A stretch of 63,815 nucleotides of DNA, filler included, from Gemmatimonadota bacterium (GCA_003697105.1; 4 parts of 4 records of this genome joined end to end with filler, not necessarily neighbours in it), one strand, 5' to 3'; positions 28,334 through 38,958 are shown, numbered from the whole stretch's first letter. Notes: generated by a model from the letters alone, not told the origin. A program made the numbers and translations.

Positions 28334-29845
28334 ATGGATCATACCAAGGATGTTTACATGTGTTTTAGAGACCTCGTTTTTGCTTCGGTTCTGTTGCTGA
28401 TTTTTTGCGCGGTCACGCGGAGCGAACCCCGTGAGACGGTCACGTTGGTTAAAGATATTTTTGTACGGGAGGGCTTTCCTGAAGGAAGTTCTAACCCCGA
28501 TTCCCTTGAGGTGTTGGATGGCATTGTCTATTTTGCCGCGACCGCCTACCGGGAAGGACGGCAGTTGTGGCGCAGTGATGGCACGGAAAGCGGTACTTAT
28601 CCCGTGGTCGATACGGCGCGCGCTGACTGGGTGCGGGATGGTGTTCCCTACAACCCCGATCATCTGACGGTGTGGCAGAACCGGCTTTTTTTTAGTGCCA
28701 TCGATGGGCAAGCCGGTGGTGACTATCGCCTAGAACAGGATACCCAATACGGGGTGGAATTGTGGGTCACAGATGGCGCTGCTTGGGGGACGCATCTCGT
28801 GGCGGATATCAATCCGGGACGGTGGGATTCCTCACCGCACCAATTATTTGCCGGTATAGACAGACTCTATTTTTTAGCTTCCGGTGAGGGGTATCCCGGC
28901 ATCGAACTGTGGGCAACGGATGGTACAAACCGGCATACATATTTGGTGAAGGACATCCACAGTGGCAATGCTGACGCGAATATTGATTGGTTGACGCGAG
29001 TAGGAGATGCCGTTTTTTTTGTGGCGGATTCGGATTTTCACGGGCGCGAAATTTGGGTCACAGATGGTACAGCATCCGGGACCCAGTTGGTACTCGATGT
29101 GAATCCCGGTATCTTTGATGCCAACCCACGGGATTTGGTCAACCTAAATGGGATACTCTTTTTCAGTGCAGAAAATCAATACGGGACACGGGAATTATGG
29201 CGCTCTGCCGGCACGGCAAAAACCACCCGCCGGGTTCGCCGTGCTTACATTCAGGGTTGGGGGAATCCCCACCATTTAAAACCGGTGGACGACCGGCTTT
29301 TTTTCGCCGCCTATCAGGAGGAACTGGGGGTGGAACTGTGGCAGAGTCAGGGATCGCCGCAAAGCACGAATTTGGTTAAAGACATTGCTCCTGTTGGAAA
29401 TTCGTACCCGCGTTTGTTCATGCCCGTCGGGGAACGGGTCTATTTTTGGGCAACAGATGGCATGTTTGGCATGGAGCTTTGGTGCAGCGATGGCACTGCA
29501 GAAGGTACGTTTCTGGTTAAGGATATTAATATCGGTTCTGCAGGGTCGTTGCCTTACCCACAAAAACAGAATCTAAGCCCGGAAAACCCTGATTTTCATC
29601 CCCGCGCTACTGAATTTTATGCCGTGTTAAATGGCATTCTTTATTTTCGGGCGTATGATAAAATTTACGGCGCGGAGGTATGGCGCACCGATGGTACGCT
29701 TTCCGGCACGTATATGGTGGCGGATATTAATTCCGGCAGTGCGAGTTCCAATCCGTCTTCCTTTGTTGTGGCAGAGGGGCGGCTCTTTTTCCGTGCCGAT
29801 GACGGCGTTCATGGAGCAGAATTGTGGATGCTAACACCCCCTTAA
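28334..29845 (+). CDS. Secreted ELWxxDGT-repeat protein
   Basis: Repeated G.ELW.TDGT..GT.LV.DI.PG units. Confidence 0.92.
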   Translation: MDHTKDVYMCFRDLVFASVLLLIFCAVTRSEPRETVTLVKDIFVREGFPEGSSNPDSLEVLDGIVYFAATAYREGRQLWRSDGTESGTYPVVDTARADWVRDGVPYNPDHLTVWQNRLFFSAIDGQAGGDYRLEQDTQYGVELWVTDGAAWGTHLVADINPGRWDSSPHQLFAGIDRLYFLASGEGYPGIELWATDGTNRHTYLVKDIHSGNADANIDWLTRVGDAVFFVADSDFHGREIWVTDGTASGTQLVLDVNPGIFDANPRDLVNLNGILFFSAENQYGTRELWRSAGTAKTTRRVRRAYIQGWGNPHHLKPVDDRLFFAAYQEELGVELWQSQGSPQSTNLVKDIAPVGNSYPRLFMPVGERVYFWATDGMFGMELWCSDGTAEGTFLVKDINIGSAGSLPYPQKQNLSPENPDFHPRATEFYAVLNGILYFRAYDKIYGAEVWRTDGTLSGTYMVADINSGSASSNPSSFVVAEGRLFFRADDGVHGAELWMLTPP

Positions 29846-32259
29846 AACGAATAGCCAATAGCAAAATACCACCGGTCTGCCCGAGTTTCGTCCCAAGCGT
29901 AATCCAGCTTGACGGGTCCCAAAACCGTATCCAGATGCAAACCCACCTGTCCTCCCATAATAGAGCGCCCTTCCTGATAGACATCCTCTTTTTTCGGGTA
30001 GAAATCCGCCGCGGTAAACCACAAAAAAAGGTATAGATTTTTTTTGACAATCATGTTGTAACTCCGTAAGGCAAGACGTAGCCCGATATTTTGTGCCCGG
30101 TAGTACCGTCCGATCCGCTGCCCAAAGCCTTGCGCCGGTAAAAAGTCTTCTTCTCCCGCTTGAAAAAGTACGTGATAGGGTACTGCCCCCGTAATAACGC
30201 CGGCATGACCCTCAGCAATAACAGTCGCCGGTGGTAACGGTGTCCAGTAACCCTTAAAATGAAGATGCCATCGATGGTACTCCCCCCCGGTGCCCGCTTC
30301 ATATTCCAACTGTCGCGATGAACCCCGGCGCGGGTACGGATTCCGATCCAGACTGTCATAGGTCAGATTTACGCCCCAGGAGTTGTACACTTTTGGGCGT
30401 TGGGATACGTACCTCGGGCTATCATCGGCATAATGGATTCGGCGTAACCGGTAATTTAGTTCCAACCGCCCCACCCGACGAATTTGATACCCCAGCGGTA
30501 AATCAAACCCCCAAGTATGGCGGAAGAAACGTAATCGGGTTTCAGGTGAGGGGTAATCATAGTAAAAATTTTTGTGATAATAACCGGTTGGATTCAAGGT
30601 GAAGTTGGTTTTTCCGACACGTGGCATCCGGTATGTTATGCGATAATCCTGAATGCGACCCATTCTACCGGTCATAAACAGCCCCCCACCGAATCCGGCA
30701 AAATTACGAAATCCAACTTCTACTAGAGCACTGGCGCTGGTCTCCCGATCCGCACGCAATCCGAACCGCAAAATACCATCGGCACGCTCTTTCACCACAA
30801 AAATAAGACGGATATTGCCCGGTGGATCGATCTTCTCGATTTCAATTTTAACATTATCAAATAGACCTAAACTGTAAATCCGGTTGATGTCCCGAATGAC
30901 CGTCTCCAAATGGAACAGGTCGCCGGGCGTACTTTTCACTTCTCGGGTGATAATCCAATTTCGGGTTTTTTGATTCCCGCGAAGGGCAATTTCGCCAATC
31001 CGTCCTTCATCCAGGACTATCCACAGGGTGCCGGTAGAATCCACATCCAGTGAATCCACATGAGCGAGTACCCATCCCCGTTCATGGTAACGGCGTTCGA
31101 TCTGGTTGACCGCCTGCTTTAAGCCTGTGCGCGTCGGCTGAAAGGGTCGCGTGGGAAATATCTCCTTTATCGTTTCTGTGGAAAGGCTCTTATTTCCATG
31201 AATCTGAATCTGCGTAACCTGGGGTAATGGGGGGAGTAAGGTTGTATCGGGCGGGATAAAGGTCACTTTTTTCCGAATAGCAGGCAAGGCTTGCACTACC
31301 GCTTGGTAGCCAAGCGTCATTAGGGTGTCCAGATTCCGCCAGTCAGAGGGGTCAAATTCGTCCACGTTCGGATGAATCAGCACATCCGCCAACTCCCGCA
31401 ATTCCTGCGTTTGAGACTGTGCCATGATGGCAATAGTACGTTGGGTCAAATCAATGATATTTTGGGGATTGGGATGGTATTGATCCGATGCCAGATCGAC
31501 CCCGATGACAAGACCCGGGTGTTTTCGAGCCGTTCGCGTTGGCAGATTTTCCAACAGACCCCCATCGGCAAGTAGCAAGGAATCCACTTGTACCGGTGTG
31601 AACGCAATCGGGAACGCACTACTGGCACGCATCATCTCGCCGGGATAACCCCGCTCCAAAACCACAGCCCTCCCCCGGTTCAGGTCTGTTGCCAACAACT
31701 GGAACGGAATGGGGGCACGGGAAAAATCAAAATCCGCTTTATACCCCTGTCCAATGGTGAGTTGTGTCAAGCGGGTTCGCATCTCTTGGCCCTCAGAAAG
31801 CCCACTCGGGAATTGAAGTCGCCAATTTTTGAACCGGAATTCCAGCAAATTGCGGTCATTATCTTTTTTTTGTCCGAAGTAGAGAAGGCGGCGTTCTGGG
31901 AGGTCTAAAAAGACGGTCTCCCACGGGACCCAATGGGCAATCGCTTCAATATCATCTGCGGAATAGCCGAGGGCGTGCAAGCCACCGATCACCCCACCCA
32001 TACTGGTACCGGTAATTCGGTCAATGGGGATGTGATAATCCTCGAACGCACGAATCACCCCAATATGGGTCAATCCTTTGGCAATGCCACCGCTAAAAGC
32101 AACCGTCACTAGCGGACGATTGGGAGCGACAGTCTGCTGTAAAATGCCTTTCGGTTGGCTTAAATCCAGTGTGAACGGGGGAGATACCGGTTCTGCCGCA
32201 AGAGCACTCCACCCCATGATACCGAAAATCAGCCCTACCCATTTCAAAAAATCGATCAT
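29842..32259 (-). CDS. Patatin-like phospholipase-POTRA-Omp85 barrel protein (PlpD-like)
   Basis: SGG.AKG..HIG, GTSMG, DGG; two I.I.GN POTRA-like starts; C-terminal YFAIGYSF beta-signal. Confidence 0.88.
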   Translation of the reverse strand: MIDFLKWVGLIFGIMGWSALAAEPVSPPFTLDLSQPKGILQQTVAPNRPLVTVAFSGGIAKGLTHIGVIRAFEDYHIPIDRITGTSMGGVIGGLHALGYSADDIEAIAHWVPWETVFLDLPERRLLYFGQKKDNDRNLLEFRFKNWRLQFPSGLSEGQEMRTRLTQLTIGQGYKADFDFSRAPIPFQLLATDLNRGRAVVLERGYPGEMMRASSAFPIAFTPVQVDSLLLADGGLLENLPTRTARKHPGLVIGVDLASDQYHPNPQNIIDLTQRTIAIMAQSQTQELRELADVLIHPNVDEFDPSDWRNLDTLMTLGYQAVVQALPAIRKKVTFIPPDTTLLPPLPQVTQIQIHGNKSLSTETIKEIFPTRPFQPTRTGLKQAVNQIERRYHERGWVLAHVDSLDVDSTGTLWIVLDEGRIGEIALRGNQKTRNWIITREVKSTPGDLFHLETVIRDINRIYSLGLFDNVKIEIEKIDPPGNIRLIFVVKERADGILRFGLRADRETSASALVEVGFRNFAGFGGGLFMTGRMGRIQDYRITYRMPRVGKTNFTLNPTGYYHKNFYYDYPSPETRLRFFRHTWGFDLPLGYQIRRVGRLELNYRLRRIHYADDSPRYVSQRPKVYNSWGVNLTYDSLDRNPYPRRGSSRQLEYEAGTGGEYHRWHLHFKGYWTPLPPATVIAEGHAGVITGAVPYHVLFQAGEEDFLPAQGFGQRIGRYYRAQNIGLRLALRSYNMIVKKNLYLFLWFTAADFYPKKEDVYQEGRSIMGGQVGLHLDTVLGPVKLDYAWDETRADRWYFAIGYSF

Positions 32260-32351
32260 TTCACCAACTTATCACTAAAAAAATTAGTAACCTCTTTGTG
32301 ACAAAACATATTTCTGGAGAGCATCCCGGTCAAGACTTTTTGTTAATTCGC

Positions 32352-32380
32352 TTGACAAAACCAGAGGTCTACCCTACTTT
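32352..32380 (+). promoter_or_regulatory. Sigma70-like promoter
   Basis: TTGACA-N17-TACTTT. Confidence 0.55.
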
Positions 32381-32439
32381 TCAACCGGTTTAATACTATA
32401 GATAACAGTGTTGCAACTATTTTTAGGATTGTGGGCGAC

Positions 32440-32922
32440 ATGAAATTTAGCGAGTTGCTGACAGAACAAACCATCCTGTTGAATTTTGATGCCGAGGATA
32501 AATGGGTGGCTATTAAACTCCTGACGGCACGCGTGGGGCGGGTGAACCAGTTACATATTTCGGACATCACGGATATTACACGAGAACTCATTCAGCGTGA
32601 GCAGGAATATAACACCGGTACAGGTGACGGTTTAGCCATACCTCACATTTCCACCTCAATGGTGCGAGAAGCACTTGGCGGGTTGGCAATTATTCCTGAG
32701 GGGCTTTCGTTTGATGCCATTGACGAGCAGCCCGTACAATGGATGGTACTCATCATCATCCCCCAACATCGCTTTCGGGAACACCTTAACACGATTGCCA
32801 ATGTGGCTAAAGTGATGCACTGCTCTCAATTTAGACAACATTTGTTAAGATGTACGTCATCGGCGGAGGTGTTGAAGTGCATTTTGAACCGGGAAGAGGA
32901 ATTAACATCCTATGAACCGTAA
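32440..32922 (+). CDS. PTS EIIA (Fru/Ntr family) domain protein
   Basis: RE...TG.G.GLAIPH, G..FDAID..PV. Confidence 0.88.
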   Translation: MKFSELLTEQTILLNFDAEDKWVAIKLLTARVGRVNQLHISDITDITRELIQREQEYNTGTGDGLAIPHISTSMVREALGGLAIIPEGLSFDAIDEQPVQWMVLIIIPQHRFREHLNTIANVAKVMHCSQFRQHLLRCTSSAEVLKCILNREEELTSYEP

Positions 32923-33916
32923 GCATGTGTTGGTTACGGGCGGGACCGGTTTTATTGGCGGGCATCTGATCGAGCGTCTCCTTGCCGACGGGTACCGGGT
33001 CACGGCAATGGTTCGCCGTTCCAGCAAATACCAATGGCTATCGACCTTACCGGCAGTAGAGATTGTTTTTCAGGATGACGTGTTGGACGGCAATTTTTCG
33101 TTTCAGGGAGTGGATATCGTCTATCATTTGGCGGCGATCCGGCACCGGTACGGCACCTCGGATGCCGAATATCGCACGGCGAATGTAGAGTTGACCCGTC
33201 ACTTATTGGATCGTTCCCAACGCCATATTGGGCAATTTATTTTTTGCAGTTCTATTGCGGTATTTGGCTGGCCCCCCCGTTTACCAATCTCAGATGAAAA
33301 TCCCTATGCCCCTGTTTCCAGCTATGCCCGTTCTAAAGTGGATTGTGAAAAGCTCGTTTTTGATTACCACCGGCGGGGTAAAGTACCCACAACGATTGTA
33401 CGTCCTTCCATCACATACGGTCCCCGCGATGAAACCGGTATGATGACAAAGTTAATCACCCTGATCCACAAGGGTACGTATCGCACCGTGGGAAACGGTA
33501 AAAATCGGGTGCAACTCGCATACATCACGGATGTGCTCGATGGGTTTGTTCGCGTCATCGGGCATGAGGGAGCTTTCGGTCAGGGATTCATCATCACCGC
33601 GGCACGACCGGCAACAATCAATGAATTGGTACAGATCATCTGTCAGCACCTGAACAAACCCGAACCCAAACCCCACATACCACTCTGGTTCGCCCGTCTT
33701 GCCGCCTGGAACCTTGAGACTCTGCACCAATGGGGGCTGAAATTGACCGGCAAACAAGAACCGGTTATCACCAACGAAAAAATTGATGTGATGACCACCG
33801 ACCGCGCTTATGACATTTCCAAAGCACGCCAAATACTCAATTATCAACCCCAAATTGATTATCCCGAAGGCATTCAGAAAACTATCACCGCTCTTAACTT
33901 ACAAATCCGCAGATAA
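32912..33916 (+). CDS. NAD-dependent epimerase/dehydratase
   Basis: VLVTGGTGFIG, SSIAVFG, YARSK. Confidence 0.9.
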   Translation: MNRKHVLVTGGTGFIGGHLIERLLADGYRVTAMVRRSSKYQWLSTLPAVEIVFQDDVLDGNFSFQGVDIVYHLAAIRHRYGTSDAEYRTANVELTRHLLDRSQRHIGQFIFCSSIAVFGWPPRLPISDENPYAPVSSYARSKVDCEKLVFDYHRRGKVPTTIVRPSITYGPRDETGMMTKLITLIHKGTYRTVGNGKNRVQLAYITDVLDGFVRVIGHEGAFGQGFIITAARPATINELVQIICQHLNKPEPKPHIPLWFARLAAWNLETLHQWGLKLTGKQEPVITNEKIDVMTTDRAYDISKARQILNYQPQIDYPEGIQKTITALNLQIRR

Positions 33917-33922
33917 GGTATA

Positions 33923-34645
33923 ATGACAACAAAATCCGCAATGGTCGTCGTTCCGACCTACAACGAACGGGAAAACCTTCCAAACCTCATTGAAGCAATT
34001 CTGAAACAAGGCGAGTCATTCAACATTCTGGTAGTTGACGATAATTCGCCAGATGGTACCGGGCAAATCGCGGATGAATACGCGCAAAAATACCCGGGTC
34101 GAGTGTTTGTATTGCACCGTCAGGAAAAAAAAGGCTTAGGTCAAGCCTATGTTGCCGGTTTTAAGGAAGCCCTGACCCACCAGACGGATTATATCATTCA
34201 GATGGATGCTGATTTCTCCCACGATCCCAACGAGTTGCCTAAATTTATGCCCTTAATGGAACAGTACGATCTGGTGATCGGCTCGCGCTATATTGACGGG
34301 CACATCAGTGTGGTCAACTGGTCGTTGACCCGGTTACTCCTCAGCTTTTTTGCCAGTGTGTATGTGCGGCTTATCACCGGGATGAAAATTTGGGACACCA
34401 CCGGCGGGTTTAAATGCTGGAAGCGTCAGGTGCTAGAGCAGATCAATCTAGACCATGTTCAGAGTGACGGCTATTCCTTCCAAATTGAAATGAACTGGCG
34501 GGCGTACCGGCTCAATTATCGCATTGGAGAAATGCCGATTATCTTTCTGGACCGGCATTCCGGGACATCGAAAATGACGATGAGTATCATTCGGGAGGCA
34601 GTCTGGCGGGTGTGGGCGTTACGTTTTGGCTTTTACAAACGGTAA
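33923..34645 (+). CDS. Polyprenol monophosphomannose synthase (DPM1-like GT2)
   Basis: PTYNE.EN, VDDNSPDGTG, QMDADFSHDP, GYSFQIE. Confidence 0.9.
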   Translation: MTTKSAMVVVPTYNERENLPNLIEAILKQGESFNILVVDDNSPDGTGQIADEYAQKYPGRVFVLHRQEKKGLGQAYVAGFKEALTHQTDYIIQMDADFSHDPNELPKFMPLMEQYDLVIGSRYIDGHISVVNWSLTRLLLSFFASVYVRLITGMKIWDTTGGFKCWKRQVLEQINLDHVQSDGYSFQIEMNWRAYRLNYRIGEMPIIFLDRHSGTSKMTMSIIREAVWRVWALRFGFYKR

Positions 34646-34651
34646 TCGATC

Positions 34652-35422
34652 ATGTTTGACCAACAGTCATACCGGTATCGCATGGAGTGGGGGATTCGCG
34701 GAGCACGAGACGCCGCGGCACGAGGCGATATTGTGGTTATTGTCGATGTCCTCTGTTTTTCCACCACGACCATTGTAGCGGTTCATGCCGGAATGCAGGT
34801 CATCCCCGCTTCGCCGCAAACCGATGTAGCCACCCTTGCCAAAACATGGCAGGCAGAAGTCGCCCATCCCCGGCAAACTGCCGGTGAGGGATATTCGCTC
34901 TCCCCAACATCATTTTTACGGGGCACTAATGGCAACAACCGGTTGATTCTGCCGTCGCCGAATGGCGCCCGCTGTAGCACCGCTTGCCGGACGGCAACAG
35001 CGGTGTTTATCGGAGCACTGATTAATGCTCAGCCGGTTTCCCGCCATATCCAGCAGTTGAGCCATGAACTCGATAAGCCCGTGACGATCATCGCCTGTGG
35101 TGAGCAGTGGAATGACCCCATCTCCGGGGATAATTGCTTGCGACCCGCCATCGAGGATTATCTTGGAGCCGGGGCAATCCTGGCTTATATCGATGAGGAA
35201 CTATCGCCAGAAGCGGACGTTTGCCGGAGCGCCTTTCGGGGATCGCTCAAACGGCTTGATGACTTGATTTGGGATTGTGGAAGTGGGCGGGAACTCCGCG
35301 AACGGGGATTTGCGGATGATGTCCATTTGGCACGGAAACTGAATCTTTACTCTACTGTGCCCGGATGGGTTGGCGGCGTTTTCCAAAACGTGGGCGCGGA
35401 TGTGGACCCCAAGGCGTTTTGA
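34652..35422 (+). CDS. 2-phosphosulfolactate phosphatase (ComB) family protein
   Basis: IVDVL.FST, SLSP, SPNG, IACGE.W, ED.LGAG. Confidence 0.85.
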   Translation: MFDQQSYRYRMEWGIRGARDAAARGDIVVIVDVLCFSTTTIVAVHAGMQVIPASPQTDVATLAKTWQAEVAHPRQTAGEGYSLSPTSFLRGTNGNNRLILPSPNGARCSTACRTATAVFIGALINAQPVSRHIQQLSHELDKPVTIIACGEQWNDPISGDNCLRPAIEDYLGAGAILAYIDEELSPEADVCRSAFRGSLKRLDDLIWDCGSGRELRERGFADDVHLARKLNLYSTVPGWVGGVFQNVGADVDPKAF

Positions 35423-35425
35423 CCT

Positions 35426-36637
35426 ATGCCCGAGCTTACCATTCCTGAACTTGAAGCCCAGATTCTCGATCATCCCCAGTGGCAGTCTCATTTACCTTCC
35501 CGGCAACAACAAGACCCGCGGTTGCTGGATCAAATCTGTACGCAAGCGCTCAATCTGCTCACCGGTGTGGATTTAACCCTGACCGGTGATTCGTTTTTTG
35601 TGGGGGCGGTGGATGTGCTGGCCGGACAAGAGGGGGCGTTTTACGTGTTGGAGGCGAACGGGGGGAGTACCCGCGGCTTCTGGTCGCTACCGGAAGCAAA
35701 AATTGAAGCCATCTACCGTGCCTATGGCGAAGCGTTGCAATGGGTTGACCCGGATGCACCCCTGATTATCATTGGGCATGTGGATGATGATGTTCTGTTG
35801 TACGAACGCCTTCTACTGGCAGAACGTCTGCGGGCGTGGTCGGGCAAATCTGTTCGACTCTGCCCCTATTCCCAACTGGTACCGGCACTGAATTTCTCGG
35901 AAAATTGGGTGACATACGCGAACCAGCGGGTGGCACTGCTGATCGGTGATGGCGTAGCACGCCGTCACCCAAAGCTCAGCGAACACCCGTGTTCCCGGAC
36001 GCTGATCGTTAACCGCATTTTTCCGCTGACCGACAGCAAAGCCTTGACATATCACGTTGTGGCGGAACATGCCGCCGAACTCGGGAACTTTGGTTATCGC
36101 CCGCTACGGTTTTGGGAAGGCTTTTCCGAAAAAAGCACCCTTCACGCCATGAAAACGGCTTTCGAGTCGTGTAAATCGATCCTCATCAAGCCTCACGGTG
36201 GTAGCGGAGGATGTGGCTTACAGTGGGTTACAACAGCGGACGCCATAGCATCCGCCCTTCAGAAAAGCCAAGCGGAATTTCATGCCAAATTCGGCGCAGA
36301 CCGGTCTCCCTTTCCGTACACCATTAGTGAAACAATTGAGGGGCGGACGTGGCGTTGGCAGGGAAAGCCATATCATTTTGATCTGAAAATTTACATCGTC
36401 CGGCAAAATAATACCCTCGTGCCGGTTGGGGTAAAAATCCGGCGTGCGAGGGTTCCCGCCGGAGAATCCACCGCCAGTTTACGCACCAACTTGACGTATG
36501 GCGGTGGGCTGGCGGCGGAACGGGCTGGCGGGATCAATCCGCAAACCTTGGAACAGATCGGGTTATCCACAGCGGATGTCGCCCGGATGGTTGCCGGCGC
36601 CACATTGCTGGTCAAACGATTGTGCGATGTCCACTAA
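35426..36637 (+). CDS. Circularly permuted ATP-grasp-fold protein
   Basis: AVDVL...FYVLEANG near the N-terminus; ILIKPHGGSGG.G, FDLKIYI and TNL..GG later. Confidence 0.65.
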   Translation: MPELTIPELEAQILDHPQWQSHLPSRQQQDPRLLDQICTQALNLLTGVDLTLTGDSFFVGAVDVLAGQEGAFYVLEANGGSTRGFWSLPEAKIEAIYRAYGEALQWVDPDAPLIIIGHVDDDVLLYERLLLAERLRAWSGKSVRLCPYSQLVPALNFSENWVTYANQRVALLIGDGVARRHPKLSEHPCSRTLIVNRIFPLTDSKALTYHVVAEHAAELGNFGYRPLRFWEGFSEKSTLHAMKTAFESCKSILIKPHGGSGGCGLQWVTTADAIASALQKSQAEFHAKFGADRSPFPYTISETIEGRTWRWQGKPYHFDLKIYIVRQNNTLVPVGVKIRRARVPAGESTASLRTNLTYGGGLAAERAGGINPQTLEQIGLSTADVARMVAGATLLVKRLCDVH

Positions 36638-36658
36638 AAACACAGCAGTAGGCAGGTT

Positions 36659-36871
36659 TTAAGCGTTATCTTCCAGCCGGAAACCGACTTTTAATTCCAC
36701 CTGAAAGACCGGTTTGCCATTCTCCACATAGCCCCGCGTCCCGACGACTTCAAACCAACCGATATGGCGGATCGTTTCCGACGCTTTTGCGAGTGCATTT
36801 GCTACCGCCTCCGAGATGGAGACCTCCGAAACGCCAATGATTTCTACTTTTTTATATACATGATGTGACAT
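36659..36871 (-). CDS. Dodecin
   Basis: HVYKKVEIIG.S...A..NA...A..T.RHI.WFEV...FQV.LKVGF.L. Confidence 0.93.
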   Translation of the reverse strand: MSHHVYKKVEIIGVSEVSISEAVANALAKASETIRHIGWFEVVGTRGYVENGKPVFQVELKVGFRLEDNA

Positions 36872-36904
36872 GTCATGCTCCTTTTGTTAAATGTGTTGTG
36901 GGTA

Positions 36905-37384
36905 TTAACCGTTACCCCTGCCCATATCATACACCATCTGAAATTCTTCTGGGGTAACCGGCTGTACGGAAAGACGCTGTCCTCGTTGGACGACTTTCAT
37001 ATTTGCCAGTTCCAGATTGGCTTTTAGTGCTTGCAACGTGACCATCTTTGGGAATTTTTCTTTCCACCGGATGTCCACCATGTACCAGCGTGGATTTTCG
37101 GGGCTTGCTTTGGGGTCAAAATGATCGGAATTGGGGTCCCACGCCGTATGGTCGGGGTATCCGGCGCGCACAACCTCGGCGATGCCCACAATCCCAGCGG
37201 GTTTGCAACTGGAGTGATAAAACAGTATCAGATCCCCCACCTGCATCTCATCACGCATGAAGTTCCGCGCTTGATAATTCCGCACTCCGTCCCAATGTGT
37301 TGTTGAATGTGGACTGTTTTTCAGGTCATCAAAGGAAAAACAGTCCGGCTCAGACTTCATTAACCAGTATTTTGTTGCCATCAT
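36905..37384 (-). CDS. EVE domain protein
   Basis: YWLMKSEP, WDGVRNYQARN, FYHSS, RLSVQPV. Confidence 0.95.
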   Translation of the reverse strand: MMATKYWLMKSEPDCFSFDDLKNSPHSTTHWDGVRNYQARNFMRDEMQVGDLILFYHSSCKPAGIVGIAEVVRAGYPDHTAWDPNSDHFDPKASPENPRWYMVDIRWKEKFPKMVTLQALKANLELANMKVVQRGQRLSVQPVTPEEFQMVYDMGRGNG

Positions 37385-37866
37385 GACTCCTCATTTGTAG
37401 TACAGCTAACTAGAAATTGAAGCACTTCCGGCAGGATACGGCATTCTTGTTCCAAAATCCGTTGTTCCAGTTTCGACACCGTATCGCTTTCATAAACAGG
37501 CACCACCGCCTGCGCTAAAATATCCCCATTTAAACGGTACACCGTACACCCACTCACTTTGACACCGTAGCGCAAAGCATGTTCTACCGCCTGTTCCTCG
37601 GGAAAGGCAGGTAATAAAGAAGGATGCACGCACACCGTTTGTCTGGCAAAATGAGCCTTAAAAAAGGCCGTTAAGGTTGAATCCGGGGAGACCAGCACAA
37701 TTTGGTCGACCCCGTTTTGGCGGATCAATTCGGGGGTAATACCGATCAAGTCTGCCCGCTCAAACACCACTTCTGCCGCGAGCTCACCCTGCTCAATCGC
37801 CTGATGGATTGCCTGCAGACGCGGATCATCTGGTAAACCAAAAAGTGCGCATCGAATCAATTTCAT
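37381..37866 (-). CDS. Degenerate PurN-like formyltransferase-fold protein
   Basis: HPSLLPAF, A...GVKVSGCTV, Q.VVPV...DT...L..RI...E; catalytic positions altered. Confidence 0.7.
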   Translation of the reverse strand: MKLIRCALFGLPDDPRLQAIHQAIEQGELAAEVVFERADLIGITPELIRQNGVDQIVLVSPDSTLTAFFKAHFARQTVCVHPSLLPAFPEEQAVEHALRYGVKVSGCTVYRLNGDILAQAVVPVYESDTVSKLEQRILEQECRILPEVLQFLVSCTTNEES

Positions 37867-37899
37867 AATCGCCCTCCTGGGACGCGTTGTGGATGAATC

Positions 37900-38958
37900 T
37901 CAACAAAAGTTTGTCCGGTTGATGAGCCGGTACAGAACACGGGCGCCGACATTGGCATCCCAATCACCGTCACCCGGTGCCACTTCGCACAGATCAAAAC
38001 CGATAATATTTCGTCCAGATTCGACAAGGCGGGTCAAGAGGTAAACCAATTCCTCAAATTGCAAGCCACCGGGGACGGGTGTACCGGTATGCGGGCATAA
38101 TTTTGGGTCCAGACCGTCAATATCCAAACTGATATAGACCGCTTCTGAAAGGGGTGAAATGATCCGTTCACACTGATCATGCCAAGTTTGCCCGGTGAAT
38201 TGCTTGCGTTTTAAGTCCCAGTCATAAAACGTGCAAATACGCCCGTTGGAGGTCTCAATACGGTTCACTTCCTCCGGGCAGATGTCCCGGATGCCGACTT
38301 GCACCAAGCGCTGGATTTGAGGAATTTTGAGCGCATTGTACATGATCGAAGCATGCGAGAATTTAAAGCCTTCATAACTATCCCGTAGGTCAGCATGGGC
38401 ATCAATTTGCAGGATGGAAAAGCGCGGGTACCGTTCCGCGAGGGCGTGCATCAACCCTAGCGGCGTGCTGTGGTCACCTCCTAAAATACCGACCGTCTTA
38501 CCCCGTTTCAACCACTTTGTCGCTTCATCTTGAACCCACTGGTGCAGTTCATTGCAAGCGGTATTAACCTCATCGCGCATTGCCCAAACATCTTTTAACT
38601 GCTCGGATTTGCGAAGATGACCGGCTTGGGTTGTCTCCAAAAAATGGATATATGTTTCCGCCCGTTTTCGCAAAATTTGATTTCGCTTTTGCCAAATTTC
38701 TGAAATTTCGAGCATTGCGACCCCGATTTCCCACGGGCGCGCCTTATCCGGATCGATTAAATCCAGTTGGGGGGATGCGGCTAGAATCGCGGCGGGTCCT
38801 TGTGCCGTCCCGGAATGATACGAGACCGTTACTTCCCATGGCACCGGTAAAATCACCACTTCCGCTTCTTCGGGAGTGAAGGGAAAACCAAAGAGATTAC
38901 CGTTGGTAGCGCCAAGTCCGTTAGGGTCGAATTGGGCAAGTTTTTGAGATTTACTCAT
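37900..38958 (-). CDS. speB: Agmatinase (ureohydrolase family)
   Basis: [21 protein letters not shown]...[14 protein letters not shown]. Confidence 0.9.
   Translation of the reverse strand: MSKSQKLAQFDPNGLGATNGNLFGFPFTPEEAEVVILPVPWEVTVSYHSGTAQGPAAILAASPQLDLIDPDKARPWEIGVAMLEISEIWQKRNQILRKRAETYIHFLETTQAGHLRKSEQLKDVWAMRDEVNTACNELHQWVQDEATKWLKRGKTVGILGGDHSTPLGLMHALAERYPRFSILQIDAHADLRDSYEGFKFSHASIMYNALKIPQIQRLVQVGIRDICPEEVNRIETSNGRICTFYDWDLKRKQFTGQTWHDQCERIISPLSEAVYISLDIDGLDPKLCPHTGTPVPGGLQFEELVYLLTRLVESGRNIIGFDLCEVAPGDGDWDANVGARVLYRLINRTNFC

Noticed and set aside
28334-29845. Recurring DNA similarity suggesting an array
   Set aside because: Explained by ELWxxDGT protein repeats.
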